Source: an uncultured Parachlamydiaceae bacterium (GTDB taxonomy: Bacteria > Chlamydiota > Chlamydiia > Chlamydiales > Parachlamydiaceae). From it: 64,000 bases of DNA. The first letter of the stretch is position 1. Each line of letters starts with the position of its first letter. Position numbers and translations under genes: made by a program. Positions 20,746-30,985 of the stretch are shown here, in pieces. The stretch is from positions 220,098-284,097 of the forward strand of contig CAVULX010000002.1 in assembly GCA_963742415.1 (NCBI GenBank), in the 5' to 3' direction. The notes beneath the pieces are model-generated. The model did not search any database, was not told where the DNA came from, and worked only from the letters and a program-made list of their open reading frames with translations.

Positions 20746-21617
20746 TTCGGATGTTGACTCCTTTGTTTGAGGAAATTTTGTATCACCGACAAATAAGGGG
20801 CATCCGTGCGTAAATCAATAAAGCCTGCCCCTATGTTCTGGAATAGTTTTTTACAAGCAGCGATCCTTTTTTCCGCAGCTTGAGTGGCAAATTGCTGCGA
20901 CTCACTGCTTGCTGAATCTAGCACAAGGTGTCGATTCGATTCGAAATCTTCCAATTCCACAAGCGATACATTGGGCAAGACAACCTCGAAAGGATCGGTG
21001 ATGCTTATCCCTATCAAATCGTGTTTAATCGAAATCAATTCAGCTTGCCGGCTAAAATCTCCACACTGGAAATCTGATATTAGAAAACAGATGCATGGCT
21101 TAGCTTGAACTTTTCCAAGGAAATTCAACGCTTCTGAGACGTCTGTTCCAGTGTCTTGAGGATGGAAAATAACAAGTTCTCTGATGACCCTTATAATATG
21201 CCTTAGGCTCTTTCTTGGTGGTATATATTTCTCTATCCGGTCTGAAAAAAGGATCAACCCGACGTTATCATTGTTTTTTACTGCAGAAAAGGCAAGCAAC
21301 GCCCCAATTTCGACGATTAAGTCTTTTTTGCCTTTATGCTTACTTCCAAAGCGTGTAGAAGCCGAAATATCCACCATCAGCATCACGGTTAATTCCCGCT
21401 CTTCCCTAAACACTTTCACATAAGGATGGTTCATACGCGCAGTCACTTTCCAATCGATACTGCGCAAATCATCCCCCGATTGGTATTCCCGGGCTTCTTC
21501 GAATTCCATCCCCTTTCCTTTGAAAGCCGACCGATAAAATCCAGACAAAAGATTCTGTGCTAATTTCGCTGTGAGAATTTGAATTCTATGGATAAGATGG
21601 AAGACTTCCGGCGACAT
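20742..21617 (-). CDS. DUF58 (vWA) protein
   Basis: GKGMEFEEAREYQSGDDLRSIDWKVTAR; DISAS; LISDF. Confidence 0.9.
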   Translation of the reverse strand: MSPEVFHLIHRIQILTAKLAQNLLSGFYRSAFKGKGMEFEEAREYQSGDDLRSIDWKVTARMNHPYVKVFREERELTVMLMVDISASTRFGSKHKGKKDLIVEIGALLAFSAVKNNDNVGLILFSDRIEKYIPPRKSLRHIIRVIRELVIFHPQDTGTDVSEALNFLGKVQAKPCICFLISDFQCGDFSRQAELISIKHDLIGISITDPFEVVLPNVSLVELEDFESNRHLVLDSASSESQQFATQAAEKRIAACKKLFQNIGAGFIDLRTDAPYLSVIQNFLKQRSQHPK

Positions 21618-21634
21618 GGATCATCCTCTAAGCT

Positions 21635-22621
21635 CTACGGGATCGGAATTGTTTCCAAAATTTTATCGATAATGACATCGGGAGAGATGTTTTCCGCCTC
21701 AGCTTCGTAGGTTCTGCGTAACCGATGCCGCAGAATATCATGCGCAATCTGTTTGATGTCTAAAGGGGTCGCATAACCCCGTCCGGCTAAAAAGGCATGA
21801 GCTTTTGCACAAATCTTGAGGCTGAGGCTGGCTCGTGGAGAGGCCCCAAACATGAGTAAACCCTCAATGGGAACCCCATATTTCTGCGGAGTCCGTGTAG
21901 CTGAGACAATGTCTAAAATATAGGAGTTCACATTTTCATCGATATAGATCTCATTGACGACCTGCCTTGTCTTTAAAATGTCATCCCCAGAAAGCACAGG
22001 GTTTGGCTCCGGCTTCTTGCTCAGCGTTCCCATCCGTTTCATAATTTCTTTTTCCTCTTCCCTAGTTGGATAATCGATTTTAACCTTCATCATGAAACGA
22101 TCAGTTTGCGCCTCTGGCAATACGTATGTCCCTTCTTGTTCAATAGGATTTTGCGTAGCCAAAACAAGATAAGGAGACCCTGCCGCAAACGATTGCCCCG
22201 CGATGGTCACCTGCCTCTCTTGCATCACTTCCAATAAAGCCGATTGTACCTTTGCAGGTGCGCGATTGATTTCATCAGCCAAAAGGATATTTGTAAAAAT
22301 CGGTCCTTTGCTCACACTAAAGGTCCCTTCTTTAGGATTATAAATAGAGGTCCCAATAAGATCCGCCGGTAAAAGATCGGGGGTGAATTGAATTCTTTTG
22401 TAATCGCAATTAACAGTTTTAGCTAAGGTTGTTACGGCAAGTGTTTTGGCTAGCCCCGGCATCCCTTCCAGAAGGATATGTCCGTCAGCCAGCAAGCCCA
22501 TTAGAAGGCGATCGACCATGTCAGTCTGCCCTACAATCACTTTCCCGATCTCTTCTTTGGCCTTTAAAAACTTTTCTCTGCTTTGTTGAACCTTTTGTGT
22601 AACTTCTGCCATCTCTACCAT
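21635..22621 (-). CDS. moxR: MoxR family AAA+ ATPase
   Basis: LLEGMPGLAKT, RIQFTPDLLPAD, LADEINRAPAKVQSALLE, ATQNPIEQEGTY. Confidence 0.93.
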   Translation of the reverse strand: MVEMAEVTQKVQQSREKFLKAKEEIGKVIVGQTDMVDRLLMGLLADGHILLEGMPGLAKTLAVTTLAKTVNCDYKRIQFTPDLLPADLIGTSIYNPKEGTFSVSKGPIFTNILLADEINRAPAKVQSALLEVMQERQVTIAGQSFAAGSPYLVLATQNPIEQEGTYVLPEAQTDRFMMKVKIDYPTREEEKEIMKRMGTLSKKPEPNPVLSGDDILKTRQVVNEIYIDENVNSYILDIVSATRTPQKYGVPIEGLLMFGASPRASLSLKICAKAHAFLAGRGYATPLDIKQIAHDILRHRLRRTYEAEAENISPDVIIDKILETIPIP

Positions 22622-22762
22622 AGATTCATTGACCTTTCTCTTATAAATTGTTAAAACGCTACATTTTCATGATTCTCAATAAATTTCTATCTCTATTTTT
22701 ATGGAGCTCTTAAAGGATATGCTGTATGATAAAATTATAAATATTAGTTTACAAAAAGAGGT

Positions 22763-24211
22763 GTGTCTAAGTTTCTCGTATTTTTTAATAAATTAATAAC
22801 TCCCTTGAGGTTCATCATGTTAGGAGTTCAAGCCTGTTTTTATCTATACGAAGCCAAGCCATTTGTAAAGCCCCTGCCGCCTCACCTGTCTTTTGAGAAT
22901 CAAACTTGGGAAACTTATGAAAATCTCACAGAGAACTTAACTTCGGAAGAATTGAGAGATTTAGAAAAAAAATTGGATTTAATCAGGATCTTTACAGCTC
23001 AGATAGACGAAGCTGTTGAAGCCATCACTAAGGGAAATGTGGAAAATCCGATCTTTTCCAATCATCATTTTCCTTTATTCGCTTTGCTAGCACTTAAAGA
23101 ACAGAGGATCAACGGTTTAGAATTCACTACGAGTCAGTTATTCTTTAATGCCCTTAAGGGGCTTCCGCATGAGAATGTGGAAGTTATTCACCTATTCGAG
23201 GGAAAAAACATCAATCCAAGAGCCAAGGCATGCATCGAGCAAACAGCAAAACTCTTTCTTGATTTACAAGAAATCAAAGGGATTTCTATACAAAAACTAA
23301 GCTTAATGGATGAATCCCAGCTGCAACTTTTCTTTCAATTAACGGGAGAGCTCTCTGACCTTGAACGAATATTTTTGCTCGTTCCAGATCCCAATCCTGT
23401 GCATTTGCATTTGCCCCATGATTATAAAAATACAATCTCAACAAAAATTCTTTTAAATTATTTTAATTTGTTTGGCCGCCTTGTGGATTCAAAAAAGTTT
23501 TTCAGAATGATCCCATCCAAAGGGATGGTGTTAAGCTATTTAAAGGCGACATCCAGGGATCACCCGATCACCTTGAAGACCTATTTCAAATTAAATTCGT
23601 TTTTAAAAATAAAAGATAATGTTTCCCATAATGAATGGCCTTTATGCTTAAATTTTTCATTTCTAGAGCCGATTCAGCTGGCGGATGGCAAAACCTGTGA
23701 TACCAAACTCAATGAACTCGAATGGCATGATATTTATCATAGCAATGCGTTTAATTATATTCCTTTGCTCGATCGTAAAAAGTTTTGTGTTTGCGGAGAT
23801 ATTTTTAATGGTTTTCAAGATTCTGAAGGGATAGGAAAAAAAATCGCACAGTCGATTTATAATATGGAGCATGTTGATTATCAAATATTCGATTTTCAAA
23901 AACTCCCTATCCTTCATAAAGATCAGATCTTTTGGGTTGCCCTGGCAAGATGCATCTTTAGAAAATTAACCAGCAAACGGAAGGCAAATTATAAACAAGA
24001 GGATAACCCTCTCGTCGAACAATTTATCAAGACAATCATGGATAACGCTGAATTCTACAAAAAAAACTATAATCTCTCATTAGATTATCTTTTCCCCTTC
24101 CGCATAGTTGAGGGCTACTTTACGATTCGGCAAGTGCTCCAGTTATCGATCGCAGCGAAAAAAATAAAAAACAAGAGGAAGATTGATAAAAAACAATCAA
24201 TTTATTTTTGA
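22763..24211 (+). CDS. Hypothetical protein (lineage-specific, ADG..HDIYH motif)
   Basis: 482-aa ORF; its 3' end is duplicated at ~48098-48413. Confidence 0.65.
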   Translation: MSKFLVFFNKLITPLRFIMLGVQACFYLYEAKPFVKPLPPHLSFENQTWETYENLTENLTSEELRDLEKKLDLIRIFTAQIDEAVEAITKGNVENPIFSNHHFPLFALLALKEQRINGLEFTTSQLFFNALKGLPHENVEVIHLFEGKNINPRAKACIEQTAKLFLDLQEIKGISIQKLSLMDESQLQLFFQLTGELSDLERIFLLVPDPNPVHLHLPHDYKNTISTKILLNYFNLFGRLVDSKKFFRMIPSKGMVLSYLKATSRDHPITLKTYFKLNSFLKIKDNVSHNEWPLCLNFSFLEPIQLADGKTCDTKLNELEWHDIYHSNAFNYIPLLDRKKFCVCGDIFNGFQDSEGIGKKIAQSIYNMEHVDYQIFDFQKLPILHKDQIFWVALARCIFRKLTSKRKANYKQEDNPLVEQFIKTIMDNAEFYKKNYNLSLDYLFPFRIVEGYFTIRQVLQLSIAAKKIKNKRKIDKKQSIYF

Positions 24212-24662
24212 ATAATAAAAGAAATATTGATAAAAGCTAAATTTATGTTCGACTAAATAGGAGGTTCCTATGGCCCAACCCATGACAGCTGCTAGAATGC
24301 CAGAATTTGATAGCCTTTCAAGTGCGCTAATGACAACACTAACAGTAGCAAGAAACAGAAATGGGCGCCCGGGAATAATTTTTGCTGAAGGGGGCTATCC
24401 CCTCATCTCTCTCGTAGCTGGCGTTGAAGTATTAGCATCAGCCATTTTTTGCGGCATTGCCATACCGCTTTATCCCGTATGTCCTGCCCCCCTCAAGTTT
24501 TTTGCTAAAGAGTTGAAATCCAGCGCTTTTTGCATTCCGTGGGCTGTTGCAGACACGTTTGCAAATCCTTTTCTTCATCCCTTAATCGCTGATGAAAAAA
24601 GTGTTCGACAAATGGCTTTAAACTGTGATTTTGTCCGTGTTCCCCATGGATCATTATATTAA
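23926..24662 (+). repeat. Left copy of a ~0.73 kb diverged direct repeat (partner 48098-48828)
   Basis: Near-identical from GATCTTT.GGGTTGCCCTGGCAAGATGC to AAATAGGAGGTT, followed by paralogous small ORFs. Confidence 0.9.
24270..24662 (+). CDS. Hypothetical membrane protein, paralog of 48442-48828
   Basis: AGGAGG RBS; shared FDSLSS, LKSSAF, ANPF, ADE..RQM motifs. Confidence 0.75.
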   Translation: MAQPMTAARMPEFDSLSSALMTTLTVARNRNGRPGIIFAEGGYPLISLVAGVEVLASAIFCGIAIPLYPVCPAPLKFFAKELKSSAFCIPWAVADTFANPFLHPLIADEKSVRQMALNCDFVRVPHGSLY

Positions 24663-24692
24663 CTTGAAACAGAAAATAATTGAGGCAAGCGC

Positions 24693-24860
24693 TCAGGACA
24701 TATCTTAGGAATTGGTTTTGTAACTACAGCTATTCAAAATGGCGTTCCAGAGCATCTCATTATGAATTAGTCAGGTCACAAAAAAAGCGATACAATTAAG
24801 AAATACATCCGCCTCACGAACAAGTGGAAAGACAACGCGACTTCAAGGATAGGCTTATGA
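24693..24860 (+). pseudogene. C-terminal remnant of a Cre-like tyrosine recombinase
   Basis: Manual translation SGHILGIGFVTTAIQNGVPEHLIMN*SGHKKSDTIKKYIRLTNKWKDNATSRIGL* (degenerate HxLR box, GH, catalytic Y in KYIR, internal stop). Confidence 0.7.
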
Positions 24861-25918
24861 ATAGTGTTAATCATATTGAGAAAGATAGCCATCCTTCGAT
24901 CAAAATCGGAAATGTCTCTCTTTTCATCCCCAATGAAATCCTATTGCAAATTTTTAAAGATATGGATTGGTCCAAGCGACTGAATGTTTCCCTTGCCTGC
25001 AAACTGTGGCGAATCCTGGCGTTAGATCTATGCAAAAGCCCCATACGAAAATTTTATGGGCGCTTACCGCCTTATATCGGCTCCTCTTCTCATCAGACGA
25101 AACAAACAGAAGAAGTTTTCAATTATTTTAAAGATTTATTCAAACTCAATCATTCTCTATTAGAATTAATGCCTCTTCCTAAAAAATGTCGGGATGTAGT
25201 GGTGAAATCATCTGGTCAAATCTCTGCTGCAGCCTACAACAAAAACGAAGAAGAGGGATACTTGAGAATTCGTAAAGTTTTAAATGATAATAGTATAAAA
25301 ACAAGTAAACATCCCTTACATGGAATTTTTACTGGACAATTGGTAATTACGGATCGTAAGGTTTGCTGCAGTATTACAAAGAGTAAATCATTTTTTAAAC
25401 CCTTTGAGCATGGAATTTTTTATTATGAGGTGGAGACAAAATTTTGCTATAAATTAGCAGGCCGCTGGAAAAATACGGCGAAGAATAAGCGAACCATTAG
25501 TATTCTTACTGCGGGAAAAGGAACACTGATTTCTAGTCGGGGCGATGGAAGAATTCTGATCTATAAAGATTTAAACAGCGGCGGGTTCGCTCGTCCCTTC
25601 ATCATTTCATCAAATTTTAAACGCGTTGATTTGATTTCTTCCAGCGGCAGTTACTTAGCTGTGGCCCGATCAAGCAAGTTATCCCGATCAAGCAAGTTAT
25701 ATAGAACTGAATCTAAAACAAAATTGCTAAGAAAAAGGATCGTGGAAATTTGGAATATTGAAAAAAAATCCCTCGTTTATTCATCCCCATTAAAAATAAA
25801 ACCGCAGGCACTTTATTTGAAAATAATGAAAGAAGAAGCTATTTTTGCTGTGTCTTTAAAAAAGAATCGCACCTTCTTTCTCAGTTCTTCTGAAGAGACC
25901 AATTCTAATCAATGCTAA
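24857..25918 (+). CDS. F-box domain protein with beta-rich C-terminus; candidate eukaryote-like effector
   Basis: IPNEILLQIFKDMDWSKRLNVSLACKLWRILA fits the F-box consensus. The ATG overlaps the recombinase-remnant stop (ATGA). Confidence 0.75.
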   Translation: MNSVNHIEKDSHPSIKIGNVSLFIPNEILLQIFKDMDWSKRLNVSLACKLWRILALDLCKSPIRKFYGRLPPYIGSSSHQTKQTEEVFNYFKDLFKLNHSLLELMPLPKKCRDVVVKSSGQISAAAYNKNEEEGYLRIRKVLNDNSIKTSKHPLHGIFTGQLVITDRKVCCSITKSKSFFKPFEHGIFYYEVETKFCYKLAGRWKNTAKNKRTISILTAGKGTLISSRGDGRILIYKDLNSGGFARPFIISSNFKRVDLISSSGSYLAVARSSKLSRSSKLYRTESKTKLLRKRIVEIWNIEKKSLVYSSPLKIKPQALYLKIMKEEAIFAVSLKKNRTFFLSSSEETNSNQC

Positions 25919-25945
25919 TAAAATCGCATTATTTCATGTCATTCT

Positions 25946-25981
25946 CCGGAGTCGAACCGACGACCTTCGCATTACGAATGC
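25946..25981 (-). repeat. att core, left: fragment of tRNA-Thr(CGT) 3' half
   Basis: CCGGAGTCGAACCGACGACCTTCGCATTACGAATGC, identical to 44285-44320. Reverse complement shows the anticodon arm GCA-TTCGTAA-TGC and T-loop GGTTCGACTCC. Confidence 0.9.
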
Positions 25982-26097
25982 GGCTCCTCCGGGCAATGTC
26001 AAGTCATCTCACAGTAGCTGACACGAGAGCAGGATAACTCATCTTTTCTTTAGAGTCTATCGTCATTTGATGTGATTTCGATTGGTTTATCGCCCCT

Positions 26098-26121
26098 ATT
26101 TGGTCCACCATTGGTCCGCGG
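26098..26121 (+). promoter_or_regulatory. Putative integrase arm-type sites (tandem TTGGTCC)
   Basis: ATTTGGTCCACCATTGGTCCGCGG matches 44171-44194 at 22/24 positions. Confidence 0.65.
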
Positions 26122-26269
26122 ATTATGCAATACCCTTTTTCATAAAATATGCCTATTTAGGTATATCAAAGACAAAGTTACTCAACTAACCAGTTGTAAG
26201 CCCCGGAAGTGTACTATGTATGTAGTCGGAGTAAAGATGAATGGAGATGCGTTTTAGCAAATGAGTTTG

Positions 26270-29200
26270 TTAGAAAGATACCCTTGGCCAAGGCTGTTCG
26301 GACGCAATATCTGGATGGCGTGGCTCATTGGTAATGCGTCCATGCTCATCTCGCAATTTCTCAATCTTATTCAGGCATGCCTCTGCTAGAACAGCTTGTG
26401 GTCCTTCTGCTGTCGATATTGCAAACAATTTTTTACGAAATTCCACCAACGGGACGCTAAACTGCTCAAACGCGCCGGGCCAATCAAGCGAAGGCCGTTG
26501 GCCTATTGCCAGCTTTTCGATCGCCCTACTAAGCCGCTCATCGTAAGGCTGGTTAGCAACGGCAAGGCTGTGGATAAGTGCTAAAACGGAAGGCATATCG
26601 GCTATGTCTATAAGAGCATTCTCAAGAATTCTCTTCGGCCCTCCGTTAGCCATCTTTTCATAGCGCTGAAATATTTTATCACGTAGCGCCGGAAATTTTA
26701 GTGTTAGGTTAGCGAGTTGTTCCGACAACAACCAACTCTCTTTTCTACCGCGCTCACCCTGCACTTTATCTTCAAAAATCAAATCAAAAACGGTCCAGGC
26801 CGCTTCTTCCGTTTCCAGACTTATCATAGCATCAAGCCAATCACGCTCTTGCATCATTTCCGGATTACGCTCTGCTAATGCTTTAAGCACCTGTAATGCT
26901 TCGGCATGCGGGCTATGTCCCAGCGCTATTAGCAATCGACGGAAATGGTAGGAATAGCAGTATTTATTCGGCAATAAATCGAGCAGCTCAAGAACTGCTA
27001 AAGGACGATTGGAGAAGGCAAATAATTCTATCCATCCCATTACTTCACCTTGCCTATCTTCAAGTCGCCACGGCTCCTTTTTTCCCAGCTCTAATAACTC
27101 ATGGAATCCGGCAAGCAGCATATCGACTGAGAGAACTTCACCCGCTATTGCCACAGTAGTGAATAGCTCCAGCTTAACGCTGTATGGTTGCGGCAATTTA
27201 AACAGCTCGGCTATTTCTTGATTTTTGCTTCCAAAGGGCATGCTTAAGCCGATTTTCGCCAACTTAAGAGCATGTTGTTGCAAAGCCGATGCGCTATCAG
27301 GCTTACATAAGGTTCTCACCACTTCAAAGATGGTCTCGGAAAATTCGCATGTCGGTAGAGCGTTGCGCATATCTTCAAGGGAGAGGCGGCGAGTTTTCAC
27401 ATTGGAAAAATCATGCCATCCGAAGAATCGCTTATCTTTGCTGGATGGGTGATTGCGATTCCAAATTTCCAGAAGAACACATGCCGCATCTATGCCAAAG
27501 GGTATATCTGGCAAATATTCTTTCATCAATAATACCACGCTATCATCGCCGATAGCAGCAAATGCTCTGCTATATAGAAGCGTATAGCATATGTGTGCAC
27601 GAGAATCGCTGCGCCTGTTTGTTGTCTTTATTTCCTCAAGTTCTCGAGAACGTCCTGTAAAGTCGGCCTCCAATAATCTGTGCAAATCGGAAACAAATTG
27701 AGATTGTCCTAGGCGTCCTATGGCTTGGGCAACATCGACAAATTGATGTCGGTTTGTATCAGGCGCTGTAAGCATGATTTGCACCCAGTGCTTTATCACA
27801 ACAACGAATTGTTTTTTGACATCGGTACTTACTGTAAATGGCTTCTTTTCTTGTTCCCTACCATAACATACTACAAGTTCGGCCATCATTTTAATACGAT
27901 GCGGCTTGTCGGTGTTCGCTCGTTCAAGCAATGCGATAAAGAAGCTGGTTTGACGTGAACAGGCAATCGCATTCTTCAAACGATGATATTCTTGTCGCGC
28001 AGGTTCGGATAATTGCTTACCCTTTACCAGATACTCGTCAGTGAGTGTAAAAAGAGTATCCATCATTTTGCCAACCGTTATTGGACCTACAATGCTATAA
28101 GCAGCGCTTGCTATATTTTCAGGGGTTGCTTTATTAAGCGCTGCGTCAGCGATAGGTCCATCATCTAGAGAAGCCGTATTTTTCAGCCACTCATGGGCTC
28201 TCAATGGTAGCTCTAAACCACTGGCAATTCTGTGGATTATGCCCGCTGTTACAGCTTCTGGATAAACCTTAAAAGCATTGTTAATGGCTACACGCTCGTG
28301 ATTGCCTTTAATTGGAAAATCCGGAGATTGAATCAGCTGCGTAATATGCTCAGCAGCATTCATTTCCACTAGCTGACCTTCCGTTAAATACCGAATAATC
28401 TTTATTACATCGGTTTCGCGGGTTATTAATGTCTGTCGCATAGCCTTAAGATGGGCATTTAGCACCGGATCAAGTATCTTTTCAGGATAACCTTTTCGAG
28501 CTATGCATTCCCATACTTCATCCGAAGCGGTTCGTAAAATATCAGCAACATGACGATCTGCTCGACGGAATTGGAGTGATTGCAAAATTTTTACAATGAC
28601 AGTCGGACTCTTATCGTTCTTCGCGACACCAGCAGCAAGTTCCATTCCATCAAAACCACTGCGATATCCAATTTCTGCGACGACATCCCCACGTATTTCT
28701 TCTGGTAATGTTGCCAGTTGTTTTGCCACATCTGGTCCTAGCACGGAAGGCCGAAAGCGTTGCGCCGCTTGGAGGGCTCTTAAATAGACTTGGTTATCAG
28801 GACACGAAATTAGCGGCCATACAAATTCAGCAAACTCAGGGCGGCCTGTTGAAATCATAAACTGCACGGCACGATCTACCTTGTCCAATACATGCCAACG
28901 TTTCGCAAAATTTACGACCTTTTCACTTATATGTGACCATACTTCTGGCTTGGAGCGATAAATCATTTTAGCCGCAAGCATCGGATCAATGCTAAGTGTA
29001 TCGAGAACTGCCACCGCAACCGCTTTTGCTCCCTCGACATTTTTAGATAAACGTTCACAGGCAAATAAGGCTGATTCTTCCCAAGCCGACCAATTAAGCA
29101 CATCAGTATTAAGCATTCTTCGAGCTTCGGTGTTTCCTTGTGCAGCATCTGTCATCAAACGCTCAACTTCAAAAGACGCATACCACTCCTGAAATTGTTG

Positions 29201-30664
29201 GTGTTGGAATGAGACACTATCAGCGCCCCGAACAAGGGAATGTGTATTAACTAGAACATCTAAAACGATAGGGGGCTGGAAGGGCGTAAGAATTTGCTTA
29301 TGCGCTTGAAGGGTGATACATACATCACTTATTGCCCGCCATGCATTTTCTTCCGAAAGTGTAGTAGTCGCGGCCCGGTTTGCCTCGACTGCTAAACCGA
29401 TAAGTATTTGCTTATGACAACCTAAAAGCTCAGTACGGAGAATCTCGGCCTTTTCTGGTGCACTCTCATGCTGGGTAACGAAATTACTCAACAATGCTTC
29501 CTTGGTTTTGGGAGAGGTAGCTCCGGGTATGGTTGCAAGCATTGCAGTAAGATAGAGCGGGATGGAAACTAACTCGCGCACACCTGGCGTTCGCCAAGCT
29601 TGATCTACAAGCGCTTCGCCCTCCTTACCACGAATTTTGCGGGCAAGTTCTAATTGCTGTTCATCAGAAAGCGGTTCAATTTCGATGATAGCGCCGGGGA
29701 TAGGTATTGCCTGTCGCCGCGTGCCGATAACAATGCCTAATTGTGTAAATTCCCGCCTTAGTGTTTTCAGGTCATTCAACGCGCGTTTTCTAGCATCGGG
29801 ATTTAATTCATTCCAGCCATCGAGCAATAGTACTAAACGACCATGGTAAGCTACTTGCATAAAGTGCTGAGGCTGGAAAGTGTTAAAGGCGTTGCGACGG
29901 GCAAGAAACTCAAAAAAACTTTCCTGCCGATCAGACCATTCACCGAGTGGCACGAATGTGGCGATTTGATCACCATTAATAATGCTACTAGCCAGTTGTA
30001 TAAGCGTAGTAGTTTTACCCGTTCCTGGAGGTGATATAAAGCAAACTCCCTCGGCCGCACTGACTGCTTTTGCTACACCATCAAGCGTAACATTGATTTT
30101 TTGGGCATTGGTTAAAAGCTTGATATCTAACGAAATAACATGCGAAGGCCATTCCCGGGCATTCTGAAATGCAGAAATATCATTGGCTGCTGCTTTCTGC
30201 ATACGTGCTACAATGCTTTCGATATCGTCTTCCACTGGCAATCTAAGATTGCTTAAAAATTCCTTGTCAGCTTCATCAAGCTGCATCACAGTGACATGAC
30301 GTGCCGCGTTAGAAGTTGCCATCGCTTTGAATGCACGTGCCACAGCATCCTGTTTCCATGTATTAAGCAGCTCAACCGGAAACCTACTTTCATCTTTATC
30401 GATTTTATCTGCACAAATGGCGCAAAGCCAGATACCGTTTGAGATGTTTTTCCGAGTTTCTGAAGCAAGACTGGGGTCGTAACGTGGCCCTCCTGGGGCA
30501 GCTGCTGTAATATGCGCTGCCTTACCAATATTAACAGCTTTTTCCTCGTCTAATGATGGGCCAGAAGTCGAAAGCATGCAGTCAGGATTTGAGCAAAGAT
30601 GCCCTGCGCGACTTTCAAGAATTCGTTTTATCTTTGCTGTAAAATTATCACGATTGTCACGCAT
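26270..30664 (-). CDS. HNH-like nuclease fused to NACHT/STAND NTPase with long helical C-terminus
   Basis: RAGHLCSNPDC..GKAAHITAAAPGGPRYD..NGIWLCAICADKID; Walker A SPPGTGKTT; Walker B LLLDGWNE; IPLYL; FQHQQFQEWYA. Confidence 0.85.
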   Translation of the reverse strand: MRDNRDNFTAKIKRILESRAGHLCSNPDCMLSTSGPSLDEEKAVNIGKAAHITAAAPGGPRYDPSLASETRKNISNGIWLCAICADKIDKDESRFPVELLNTWKQDAVARAFKAMATSNAARHVTVMQLDEADKEFLSNLRLPVEDDIESIVARMQKAAANDISAFQNAREWPSHVISLDIKLLTNAQKINVTLDGVAKAVSAAEGVCFISPPGTGKTTTLIQLASSIINGDQIATFVPLGEWSDRQESFFEFLARRNAFNTFQPQHFMQVAYHGRLVLLLDGWNELNPDARKRALNDLKTLRREFTQLGIVIGTRRQAIPIPGAIIEIEPLSDEQQLELARKIRGKEGEALVDQAWRTPGVRELVSIPLYLTAMLATIPGATSPKTKEALLSNFVTQHESAPEKAEILRTELLGCHKQILIGLAVEANRAATTTLSEENAWRAISDVCITLQAHKQILTPFQPPIVLDVLVNTHSLVRGADSVSFQHQQFQEWYASFEVERLMTDAAQGNTEARRMLNTDVLNWSAWEESALFACERLSKNVEGAKAVAVAVLDTLSIDPMLAAKMIYRSKPEVWSHISEKVVNFAKRWHVLDKVDRAVQFMISTGRPEFAEFVWPLISCPDNQVYLRALQAAQRFRPSVLGPDVAKQLATLPEEIRGDVVAEIGYRSGFDGMELAAGVAKNDKSPTVIVKILQSLQFRRADRHVADILRTASDEVWECIARKGYPEKILDPVLNAHLKAMRQTLITRETDVIKIIRYLTEGQLVEMNAAEHITQLIQSPDFPIKGNHERVAINNAFKVYPEAVTAGIIHRIASGLELPLRAHEWLKNTASLDDGPIADAALNKATPENIASAAYSIVGPITVGKMMDTLFTLTDEYLVKGKQLSEPARQEYHRLKNAIACSRQTSFFIALLERANTDKPHRIKMMAELVVCYGREQEKKPFTVSTDVKKQFVVVIKHWVQIMLTAPDTNRHQFVDVAQAIGRLGQSQFVSDLHRLLEADFTGRSRELEEIKTTNRRSDSRAHICYTLLYSRAFAAIGDDSVVLLMKEYLPDIPFGIDAACVLLEIWNRNHPSSKDKRFFGWHDFSNVKTRRLSLEDMRNALPTCEFSETIFEVVRTLCKPDSASALQQHALKLAKIGLSMPFGSKNQEIAELFKLPQPYSVKLELFTTVAIAGEVLSVDMLLAGFHELLELGKKEPWRLEDRQGEVMGWIELFAFSNRPLAVLELLDLLPNKYCYSYHFRRLLIALGHSPHAEALQVLKALAERNPEMMQERDWLDAMISLETEEAAWTVFDLIFEDKVQGERGRKESWLLSEQLANLTLKFPALRDKIFQRYEKMANGGPKRILENALIDIADMPSVLALIHSLAVANQPYDERLSRAIEKLAIGQRPSLDWPGAFEQFSVPLVEFRKKLFAISTAEGPQAVLAEACLNKIEKLRDEHGRITNEPRHPDIASEQPWPRVSF

Positions 30665-30930
30665 AAGGTATTTCTAGCCGATTATATAGTTTATTATCGA
30701 AGTAACAGTATTCTAAGACAAAAGAAAGTTGTCTCGCCGATTTGATTCAAACCGCGACATCATAACCACGATGTACTTGATCTGGGCAACTTCATGTCAT
30801 TTTAGAGTGATTGACACGAAAATAGGATACCCCATTTTTTCTTTAGAGTCTACCGTGGGTTGATGGCATTTCGATCAGTTTGGTATCTTTATTGAGCCGG
30901 ACATCAATTTTATTGTTAGAGTTTTTCCTG

Positions 30931-30959
30931 TTGCATAAATATGCTCATTTAGGCATAAT
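30931..30959 (+). promoter_or_regulatory. higBA promoter with overlapping palindromic operator
   Basis: TTGCAT-17 bp-CATAAT; inverted repeat TATGC-N8-GCATA at 30940-30957. Confidence 0.55.
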
Positions 30960-30985
30960 AAGATTAGAAAGATAGAGGACATCTA

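Noticed and set aside
26328-30528. Many short ORFs overlapping the NACHT gene (likewise within suf and RND genes)
   Set aside because: Shadow ORFs of long, well-supported genes with no recognisable motifs.
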